Shown in pieces: positions 17,451 to 25,186 of a stretch of 64,000 nucleotides of DNA. Numbering within the stretch: the first letter of the stretch is position 1; each line of letters begins with the position of its first letter. The notes under the pieces are model-generated. The model was given only the letters and a program-made list of their open reading frames with translations, ran no database searches and was not told the origin of the DNA. A program made the position numbers and the translations under genes. The stretch is from Terriglobia bacterium. Its GTDB lineage: Bacteria; Acidobacteriota; Terriglobia; Acidiferrales; UBA7541. The stretch covers positions 25,518 to 89,517 of the forward strand of contig CAWDLF010000003.1 in assembly GCA_963803105.1 (NCBI GenBank), written 5' to 3'.

Positions 17451-18257
17451 CTACTGTAGGGAAATCGACTTGTTCCGCCGAAACAATCCGAACAACAGCA
17501 TCGAAGCCAACCCCACGCCAAGCATTTGCATGGAGGAGGGTTCCGGTGTGCTCGCGATATCGATGCTCAGATTGTCATACGTTGCCACGGCGGTGGTATC
17601 CGTATTTAGGCCAAGCCCGAATTCCTGTGTCAACCCGAAGTACAACGGATCGCCATTAAAATTCGGATTTGTGGTTCCGGAGGCGCCCGTAGCGAAGTCG
17701 TACTCTAAGAAGTCGCTGGCCACAAGATCTGCGGTGAAGGTGTTGAACCCCGTGGGTATGCCGCCACCGTTGGTGCCAGGACCGGGAATAACAGCCACAT
17801 AGTACACGCCGTCTTGCTCAATCGTGGGCCGAGCCGAGTTTCCGAACGGAGTCCCAACGGCCAGCGAGCTGAAGACCAAGTTCTTGTCCACGGAAACGTC
17901 GATGCCCGTAATTGCTCCACCGGTCAGCGGATTATAAACGAACGAGTTGTTGATGAACCCCTGAGAAACCGCATCGCCGGCGGTGCCAAAATTAGCGGTG
18001 ATCTGGAGCGCTTGCCCAGGATTGCCGCAGCTGGAGCACTGAGTGCCAGCAATCGACGCGTCGGCGCCGTTGATATATTGCGGGCTCGCCGTATAGCCGG
18101 ACAAATCAAAAGTTGAATCACTGAAGACCGTATCAGCGAAAGCCGGCGCCGCGCCCAGGCAGACCGCTACAACGACCGCTCCAGCAAGCCGCTTCAGAAA
18201 CGCAGACTCTCTCATGAGAGATACTCCCCCTCTTTGTGCTTTGAATTTGGACTGCAC
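17451..18257 (-). CDS. PEP-CTERM sorting-domain secreted protein
   Basis: Signal peptide. The C-terminal TPEPSSMQMLGVGLASMLLFGLFRRNKS gives PEP, a TM helix and a basic tail. Confidence 0.85.
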   Translation of the reverse strand: MQSKFKAQRGGVSLMRESAFLKRLAGAVVVAVCLGAAPAFADTVFSDSTFDLSGYTASPQYINGADASIAGTQCSSCGNPGQALQITANFGTAGDAVSQGFINNSFVYNPLTGGAITGIDVSVDKNLVFSSLAVGTPFGNSARPTIEQDGVYYVAVIPGPGTNGGGIPTGFNTFTADLVASDFLEYDFATGASGTTNPNFNGDPLYFGLTQEFGLGLNTDTTAVATYDNLSIDIASTPEPSSMQMLGVGLASMLLFGLFRRNKSISLQ

Positions 18258-18721
18258 CTGAACTGGACGGCGTGGGGACGCAAGCGTCCGATGCGGCTCA
18301 GGACCGCGAACAGGGGCAGTTTTAGTTCCAAAGTACTAGGGAAGGCAAGTTCATAGTACTCGAGGGCTTAGTCCATGCGCCTCCGCGCCCACTATGCAAA
18401 CGATTGCACAAATCATGCAACGTTCCTCCACACTTGTGGTCGTTAACCGCCTCGCCCGTACATGCATTACTACCTGCGCGTAGTTGCGGGCGAGCAACTC
18501 CAGGTCTGCTCATGAGCAACGACGCGATTCGTCCGCCATGAAACTCTGAGGGTGAAGACGATTACCCCGCATCGGTATTTGTGACTGGCGGGACGTCGGA
18601 AAGAAAAACACACTGCGAGTGCGCGACAAACGCGGGAACCGGCAGATGGTCAACACCGGGTCACCATTGCCTTTGACTCCGCTCGCTCAGTCGAGGACAC
18701 TATGCCGCAGCCATCGGGCAT

Positions 18722-20533
18722 ATGAGACTTACCTTCGCCGATTGGGCCGTGGTTGTGGCCTACCTGCTCTTCACACTCCTGCAAGGATTGTATTTTCGAC
18801 GGCGGTCGAACCGCTCGACTGCGGACTACTTCGTCTCGGGACGGAGCGCGCCGTGGTGGCTGATCGGCACGTCGATGGTGGCGACCACGTTCGCGGCGGA
18901 TACGCCTCTGGTAGTCACCGGGCTGGTCTACCGCAACGGCATCGCGGGCAATTGGATCTGGTGGAGCATGTTGCCTGCGGGAATCATGACCGTATTCTTG
19001 TTCGCGCGGCTATGGGTGCGGGCGGGCCTGCTGACCGATGTGGAGTTCGCCGAAGTGCGATACGCCGGGAAGCCGGCGGCGTTCCTGCGCGGATTTCGCG
19101 CCCTCTATCTCGGATTGCTGGTGAACTGCGTGATCCTTGGGTGGGTAACCAAGGCTATGACGATGATCGTAGGCGTGGTGCTGGGCGTGAATGAACGCAC
19201 GGCGCTTGCGGTATGCGTCCTTTTCCTGATTCCGTTCACCGGGATCTATGTCGCATTGGGCGGACTTTGGGGAGTGTTGTGGACCGACCTGTTTCAGTTC
19301 GCGCTGAAAATGTTCGTTGTCGTTGCAGTTGCATGGTATGGCGTGGCCGCCGCCGGAGGGATGCATGCGCTGATCGCGCAGCTTGCGGCGTTGCGTGTGT
19401 CTGCCGGCCCTGAGGCATCGAACATCCTGGCATTTTTCCCGGATCTATCGCGTATCCGCACGGCTGACTCTCTTTGGACCATTCCTGCTCTCACGTTTTG
19501 CGTGTATCTCGGCGTGCAGTGGTGGGCGTTTTGGTATCCGGGGTCGGAACCCGGAGGCGGGGGTTACGTGGCGCAGCGAATTCTGAGCGCGCGCAGCGAA
19601 CGCGACGGAATGCTTTCCGTTTTGTGGTTCAATTTCGCGCACTACGCGTTGCGCACCTGGCCGTGGATCCTGGCGGCGCTGGCCGTTGTGGTGCTTTATC
19701 CGCACCTCGCGCAGCCCGAATCGGGTTATATTTTACTGGCCGTCGAACATCTGCCGCGCGCTTTGCGGGGGCTGCTGGTGGCCGGTTTTCTCGCGGCGTT
19801 CATGTCCACGATTGCGACGCACCTCAATTGGGGCAGCTCCTATGTGGTGTCGGACTTCTACAGGCGTTTTGTGCGGCGCGATGGGACGGAGCGGCACTAT
19901 GTCGTCGTGGCCCGATGGGTCACGCTCCTGCTGGTTGCTCTGGGCGCGTGGGTTTCATGGGAACTGGTGACGGTTCGGGCGGGATGGGAAGTTCTGCTGG
20001 AGCTGGGCGCCGGAACTGGCACGGTATATCTGTTGCGATGGTATTGGTGGCGCATTAACGCGTGGAGCGAAATCGCGGCGATGGCCACGGCGCTCATCGT
20101 GTCCCTGGGGATTCGTTGGACGTCGCCGTTTCACGGCTCCGAGGCGGCCGTTTTTGCCGAGCAGACGCTGCTGACGACCGCGGCAACCACTGCGGTGTGG
20201 GTGGTGGCGACGCTGCTGACGCGGCCGGAACCCAGTGACGTGTTAGTGCGGTTTTATCGCCGCGTGCGGCCCGACCCCATCGGATGGCAGCCCGTGGCGC
20301 GCTTGGCTCCCGGAGTGACGCCCGAATCGACCTTGGGACGCAATTTAATTCATTGGCTCGTGGGTTGTGCGATGGTCTACACTGGTCTATTCGGCATTGG
20401 TAAAGTGTGCCTGTTTGAGTGGAGAATAGGGGGCGCCTTGCTCGTGGCGTCGGTGGCATGTGGGGTGTTCGTTTTCCGCGGGTTGGTGCGCCATGCGCCA
20501 TCCGATTTGCAGCTGCACGAAAAATTCAACTAG
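18722..20533 (+). CDS. Sodium:solute symporter family transporter
   Basis: 603 aa with about 13-14 TM segments. The N-terminal DYFVSGRS motif is typical of SSS transporters. Confidence 0.9.
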   Translation: MRLTFADWAVVVAYLLFTLLQGLYFRRRSNRSTADYFVSGRSAPWWLIGTSMVATTFAADTPLVVTGLVYRNGIAGNWIWWSMLPAGIMTVFLFARLWVRAGLLTDVEFAEVRYAGKPAAFLRGFRALYLGLLVNCVILGWVTKAMTMIVGVVLGVNERTALAVCVLFLIPFTGIYVALGGLWGVLWTDLFQFALKMFVVVAVAWYGVAAAGGMHALIAQLAALRVSAGPEASNILAFFPDLSRIRTADSLWTIPALTFCVYLGVQWWAFWYPGSEPGGGGYVAQRILSARSERDGMLSVLWFNFAHYALRTWPWILAALAVVVLYPHLAQPESGYILLAVEHLPRALRGLLVAGFLAAFMSTIATHLNWGSSYVVSDFYRRFVRRDGTERHYVVVARWVTLLLVALGAWVSWELVTVRAGWEVLLELGAGTGTVYLLRWYWWRINAWSEIAAMATALIVSLGIRWTSPFHGSEAAVFAEQTLLTTAATTAVWVVATLLTRPEPSDVLVRFYRRVRPDPIGWQPVARLAPGVTPESTLGRNLIHWLVGCAMVYTGLFGIGKVCLFEWRIGGALLVASVACGVFVFRGLVRHAPSDLQLHEKFN

Positions 20534-20728
20534 AGGCCAGGGCGTGGTGGCAGAAGAGGGATGTTCGAGCAACACGCGGCAACCCGTTGGCCTGCGGGAT
20601 TGTGAGAATATTTTAATCGCCTGCTTTTGGGGCGAACGTTACGAGAGTTTGTTCCGCCTGTTAGACCCCTTCCGATCAGCCTTACGCGGATTCGATAGGG
20701 CACACGAGAAAGGCAGAGGAGCCTGCTG

Positions 20729-21778
20729 ATGAGAATTGCTGGTGTTGGAAGTGCGTTTCCCGGACGCTATTTTAAGCAAGATGAGTTGGTGGAGGAGCTG
20801 AAGGATTTCTGGGGCGGACGATTGGCCCAACCTGGAATTTTGGACCGGCTCGATGAGTCGATGAAGGTGGATGGACGCTTCCTGTGCCAGCCCATCTCTT
20901 TCTATAAGAACATGCAGACGTGGGGCGAGGCCAACGACGCCTGGATCGAAACGGCGCTGGATATTGGCGAAAAGGCCCTTTGTCGTGCCCTCATGGGAGC
21001 GGGTCTGGAACCTGCGGATTTGAGCGCCATTTTTGTGACTTCCGTTACGGGCATCGCGGCGCCGTCGATCGACGCGCGCCTGATCAATCGCATGGGCCTT
21101 TCCACTTCCATCAAGCGCATCCCCATCTTCGGACTGGGCTGCGTGGCCGGCGCAGCGGGAATCTCGCGAGCCGCTGATTACGTCCGCGGCTTTCCCGATC
21201 AGGCTGCCGCCATCCTTTCGATCGAGTTGTGCTCCCTCACCTTGCAGCTGGACGACATCTCCATGGCTCATTTGATTTCCGCCATGCTTTTTGGAGATGG
21301 CGCGGCTGCGGCCGTCGTCACGGGGAACAACAGCGATCGCCCTGGGCCTGAGATTCTGGCCACCAAGTCTGTCTTCTATCCGAACACCGAACGGGTCATG
21401 GGATGGGACATCTCCGAGAAGGGTTTCCACATCGTACTATCGCCGGAAGTCCCCGAGACGGTGACGAAACACCTTGGCAAGGACGTGGACGCGTTTTTGA
21501 CGGAGCAAGGCCTCAGCCGTAGCGACATCAAGAGCTGGGTGATGCACACGGGAGGCCCGAAAGTACTGGAGGCTACGGCCCAGGCACTCGGCCTCACGGA
21601 GAAGGATCTCGCGGCATCTTGGGAATCGCTCCGGAAAGTGGGAAATATTTCCTCGACCTCCGTACTGTTGGTTTTGGAGGATGTTTACAAGAACCGCCGG
21701 CCAGCCCCGGGAAGCTACAGCATCCTTGCGGCGATGGGCCCGGGCTTTTGCTCCGAACTACTACTGTTACGGTGGTGA
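20729..21778 (+). CDS. Type III polyketide synthase (chalcone/stilbene synthase family)
   Basis: The catalytic Cys (FGLGCVAGAAG), His (WVMHTGGPKVL) and Asn (KVGNISSTSVL) contexts are all present, as is FGDGAAA. A GGCAGAGGAG RBS precedes the start. Confidence 0.9.
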   Translation: MRIAGVGSAFPGRYFKQDELVEELKDFWGGRLAQPGILDRLDESMKVDGRFLCQPISFYKNMQTWGEANDAWIETALDIGEKALCRALMGAGLEPADLSAIFVTSVTGIAAPSIDARLINRMGLSTSIKRIPIFGLGCVAGAAGISRAADYVRGFPDQAAAILSIELCSLTLQLDDISMAHLISAMLFGDGAAAAVVTGNNSDRPGPEILATKSVFYPNTERVMGWDISEKGFHIVLSPEVPETVTKHLGKDVDAFLTEQGLSRSDIKSWVMHTGGPKVLEATAQALGLTEKDLAASWESLRKVGNISSTSVLLVLEDVYKNRRPAPGSYSILAAMGPGFCSELLLLRW

Positions 21779-21811
21779 CCGATCTGCGGCGTCACCCCGC
21801 GGGGGGTGCGC

Positions 21812-22918
21812 ATGCAGACCGATGTATTGATTGTAGGCGGGGGTCCGGCAGGATTAGCGACGGCCATTGCGGCCCGCAATAAGGGCCTCCGCGTAACACT
21901 TCTCGATCATCGTATTCCTCCCATCGATAAAGCTTGCGGTGAAGGCTTGCTTCCCGAAGCCGTCGCCGCGCTGCGCACTCTGGGTATCGACCTGGAATCC
22001 GCGGGCGCCCATCCCTTCGAGGGTCTCCATTTTTCAGATGGGCACCTTTCCGTACGGGCGAAGTTTGCCCGAGGAAAAGCCTTCGGCCTGCGTCGAACGG
22101 TCTTGCAGCAGCTTTTGGTGGATCGCGCGACGGAAGCCGGCGTGACCATGTCTTGGCAGGTGAAGATTTCCGCATTCGAGCCCGGCGCCGTGGAAGTCGG
22201 CGGCGAGCGCATCGCGTACCGATGGCTCATCGGAGCGGATGGCCAGCATTCACGCGTCCGGAAGGTGGCGAGGCTGGAGTCACGTCTGCGCCGCAGTCGA
22301 CGGTTTGGATTCCGCCAACATTACGCGACCGCACCGTGGAGCCGCTTTGTGGACGTCCATTGGGCGCCGCGGTGCCAGATGGTCGTCACGCCCACGGGCC
22401 CTAATGAAGTTTGCCTTTCGATGCTTTCGAGCGACTCGCACCTGAGAATCGAAGCAGCGCTGGCTTCGATGTTTCCGGATGTTGCGCGACACTTGCAAGG
22501 CGCGCGCGTCGTTTCAGCGGAGGCCGGCGTTGTTACGCGCATCGGCCGCGCGCGCGCCGTGCGGCGCGGAAACATTGCTCTCGTCGGCGACGCATCCTGT
22601 ACCGTGGACGCCATCGCCGGACAGGGATTGAGTTTGGCGTTCGGGCAGGCGCTGCATCTTGCCGATGCGCTGGCTACCGATAATCTCGCGGCGTATGAAG
22701 CGTCGCACGCGCGCGTCGTTCGCATACCAATTCGCATGACGCGTCTGCTGCTGATGATGAACGCGAGCGGGGCGTTGCGCAGGCGAGTGCTGAAGCTCTT
22801 TACGCGAAACCCATCGCTTTTCGAGGGGCTCGTCGCGGCGCACATCAACCCATCATCGCGCGAGGCGTTGAAGCCCGCGAAAATTCTGGGCCTCGGGTGG
22901 AATCTACTCTGGGAGTGA
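21812..22918 (+). CDS. FAD-dependent oxidoreductase (geranylgeranyl reductase / flavin monooxygenase-like)
   Basis: DVLIVGGGPAGLATAI dinucleotide-binding motif, DKACGEGL and GADG segments, and LVGDASCTVDAIAGQGL. It starts 34 nt after the PKS stop, which suggests an operon. Confidence 0.85.
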   Translation: MQTDVLIVGGGPAGLATAIAARNKGLRVTLLDHRIPPIDKACGEGLLPEAVAALRTLGIDLESAGAHPFEGLHFSDGHLSVRAKFARGKAFGLRRTVLQQLLVDRATEAGVTMSWQVKISAFEPGAVEVGGERIAYRWLIGADGQHSRVRKVARLESRLRRSRRFGFRQHYATAPWSRFVDVHWAPRCQMVVTPTGPNEVCLSMLSSDSHLRIEAALASMFPDVARHLQGARVVSAEAGVVTRIGRARAVRRGNIALVGDASCTVDAIAGQGLSLAFGQALHLADALATDNLAAYEASHARVVRIPIRMTRLLLMMNASGALRRRVLKLFTRNPSLFEGLVAAHINPSSREALKPAKILGLGWNLLWE

Positions 22919-23152
22919 AGTGGCGGGCGGAGTGGAATTTCGAGAAGAAAAACCTGCGCAGCGCAGAACCGGCAGCCGGGGATACTTCGGGAAGTTTGAC
23001 TCCGTGAACGACCGTTCGCACAGGAGAAATTCCGAGCCGCGCGCGGATTCTATGCGGCGCCCGAATTTGCAGGCCGCGCAGAGGCCGAGCAGTCTATCTT
23101 CCGTATCGATACCGGATTTGTCCACCACACTGCCAGAATAGCGCGAAATCAA
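22904..23152 (-). CDS. Small Cys-containing conserved hypothetical protein
   Basis: 82 aa with CAACKFG...LLCE...VLRCAGF. Its start overlaps the proC stop by 4 nt. Confidence 0.45.
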   Translation of the reverse strand: MISRYSGSVVDKSGIDTEDRLLGLCAACKFGRRIESARGSEFLLCERSFTESNFPKYPRLPVLRCAGFSSRNSTPPATSLPE

Positions 23153-23985
23153 TCCTCGTCGTCGGTTACCAGCAGTTCCTTGGCGCGCTCGGCTGCCTTC
23201 ACGACGGCCTTGATCAGCGTCACGCGCAAGCCGCCTTCTTCGAGTTCCAGAATGCCGTCGATAGTGCAGCCGGCCGGCGTGGTCACCGTGTCTTTCAGCA
23301 GCGCGGGATGATGCCCGGTTTCGATGACCACCTTGGCGGCGCCCAGCGCCGTCTGCGCGGCGAGCAGCGTAGCGACTTCGCGCGAAAGGCCCGCCTTAAC
23401 CCCACCTTCGGCTAAGGATTCGAGAATAATGTAGATGAACGCCGGCCCGCTGGCTGAGAGGCCTGTGATGGCGTCCATATTCTTTTCGTCGGCCACGATG
23501 GTGAGTCCGACGGAGCCGAAAAGCGACCGCGCCGTTTCGATATGCTTTTCGCTCGCGTATTTTCCCTTGGCCAAGGCGGTGATGCCGGCGCCAACCATCG
23601 AGGGAGTATTCGGCATGGCGCGAATCACCGGAACCTTACCCTTCAGCCGCCGCTCGATGTAGTCCGTGGGCACCGAAGCAGCGATGGAGATCACCAGCTT
23701 GCTGTCATTCAAGTCCTTGCGAATTTCGTCCACCACTTGCCCGACCGTCTGCGGTTTCACGCACAGAAGAATTACGTCCGCTTTCTTGACGGCGGCTCGA
23801 TTGTCGGTGCCGGCGGGAATCGAAAGGGAAGACAAGCTCTTGCGCGCCTGTCCGCTGTGCTGCACGGTGGCGAAAATATTTTTCGGCGACACCAGCCCCT
23901 GCTTTACGAACGCCTCGGCGAGGATTCCGCCCATCTTTCCGGCGCCCAGGATTGCCAGTTTCGTTTGATTGGAAGCCTTTGCCAT
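23149..23985 (-). CDS. proC: Pyrroline-5-carboxylate reductase
   Basis: LAILGAGKMGG NAD(P)-binding motif, and RAMPNTP, SGSGPAF-like (SASGPAF) and TTPAGCT motifs. A GAAGGGGAA RBS precedes the ATG at 23985. Confidence 0.9.
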   Translation of the reverse strand: MAKASNQTKLAILGAGKMGGILAEAFVKQGLVSPKNIFATVQHSGQARKSLSSLSIPAGTDNRAAVKKADVILLCVKPQTVGQVVDEIRKDLNDSKLVISIAASVPTDYIERRLKGKVPVIRAMPNTPSMVGAGITALAKGKYASEKHIETARSLFGSVGLTIVADEKNMDAITGLSASGPAFIYIILESLAEGGVKAGLSREVATLLAAQTALGAAKVVIETGHHPALLKDTVTTPAGCTIDGILELEEGGLRVTLIKAVVKAAERAKELLVTDDED

Positions 23986-24219
23986 AAGCCGTTCCCCTTC
24001 TGCGCGATCCAAATAAGCCAGCTGATAATACAGGAATTCGTGGTCGGTGATTCGCGATTGGTGAGCCGTGATTCGTGACGATAAGACCTACTGTGTCAGT
24101 CTCTTCGGCCACGAATCCTTGTGAATTCACCTTCCTAGCGTCCTTTGCGCTTCGAGCCTCATCTCATGCCTTACGTCGCTGGGCAGTGCATTTTGCGGCG
24201 AAGGGAATAGGAGAAAACG

Positions 24220-24963
24220 ATGTCGAAGAAACTGGAAGGGAAGGTTGCATTGGTTACAGGCGGATCGCGCGGAATTGGAGCTGCAATCGCCAAGCGGCTG
24301 GCTACGGACGGAGCGAACGTGGCCATCACCTATACGAAAGGCGCCGACGCGGCCGCGTCGGTCGTCAAAGAGATTGAACGCAACGGTGCGAAAGCTATCG
24401 CGATTCAGGCCGACGCTGGCGATGCCGCCGCCGTCATATCCGCGGTCGATAAGACCGTCGCGACCCTCGGCCGGCTCGACATCCTGGTGAACAATGCCGG
24501 CACCGGCTTCCCCAAGTCGTTCGAGCAGGCCACGCTGGAGGAGCTCGATCGGGTGATCGCCATTAATATCCGCGGCACTTTCGTTGCGACGCAAGCGGCG
24601 CTGAAGCACTTGAAGAGCGGTGGCCGCATCATCATGATCGGCTCGTGCGTGGGCGAACGTTTGATGACCCCCGGTTTGGTTTCGTATTCGGCGACAAAGG
24701 GAGCCGTCAAGATGTTTACGCAAGGATTGTCGAGAGAAGTCGGAGCTCGGGGCATTACGGTGAACAATGTCCAACCAGGTCCGATCGACACGGAATTGAA
24801 TCCTGCGGCTGCAGAGTGGGCTGCTCCTCAGAAAGCCGCCACGGCGCTCAACCGCTACGGAACCGTTGACGAAGTCGCCGCCTTGGTGGCGTTCGTCGCG
24901 GGCCCCGAGTCGTCGTACATCACCGGCGCAAACCTGACGGTGGACGGCGGGACGAACGCGTAA
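24220..24963 (+). CDS. SDR family oxidoreductase (3-oxoacyl-ACP reductase-like)
   Basis: TGGSRGIG, NNAG and YSATKGA motifs, 247 aa. Confidence 0.9.
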   Translation: MSKKLEGKVALVTGGSRGIGAAIAKRLATDGANVAITYTKGADAAASVVKEIERNGAKAIAIQADAGDAAAVISAVDKTVATLGRLDILVNNAGTGFPKSFEQATLEELDRVIAINIRGTFVATQAALKHLKSGGRIIMIGSCVGERLMTPGLVSYSATKGAVKMFTQGLSREVGARGITVNNVQPGPIDTELNPAAAEWAAPQKAATALNRYGTVDEVAALVAFVAGPESSYITGANLTVDGGTNA

Positions 24964-24991
24964 GACAAAGGCGCCCGGCTGAATGGCGAGA

Positions 24992-25010
24992 CGGCCGCTA
25001 CAAGGGCAAA
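24992..25010 (+). repeat. REP-like module copy (CGGCCGCTACAAGGGCAAA)
   Basis: It matches the motif at 25-46 and the reverse complement at 62391-62423. It lies between convergent genes. Confidence 0.45.
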
Positions 25011-25082
25011 TGCTGACGTGCTCTCTCGGCTGGGTTTGGGACAACTTCAGGCCGTGGCGCTAGGTCAACCTCGAGCGAGGCA

Positions 25083-25103
25083 GGGCGGGTCTGAGACCCG
25101 CCC
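25083..25103. repeat. Perfect 9-bp stem / 3-nt loop hairpin (GGGCGGGTC TGA GACCCGCCC) followed by CTACGAAGACAAAGGCGAAA
   Basis: Seen directly. There is no T-tract on either strand, so it looks REP-like rather than like a classic terminator. Confidence 0.5.
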
Positions 25104-25186
25104 TACGAAGACAAAGGCGAAATTCCTACGGTTGTGAAGACGGCGAGGATGGCCACAAGACATACGCGAGTGCTGAATTCTACGAT

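Noticed and set aside
17035-17802. 255-aa plus-strand ORF
   Set aside because: Its 3' half is antisense to the PEP-CTERM gene, and it crosses that gene's terminator hairpin. The composition is not protein-like.
24127-25044. 305-aa ORF on the minus strand
   Set aside because: It is entirely antisense to a textbook SDR gene (TGGSRGIG / YSATK). Its Arg/Gly-rich composition is typical of spurious antisense ORFs in high-GC DNA.
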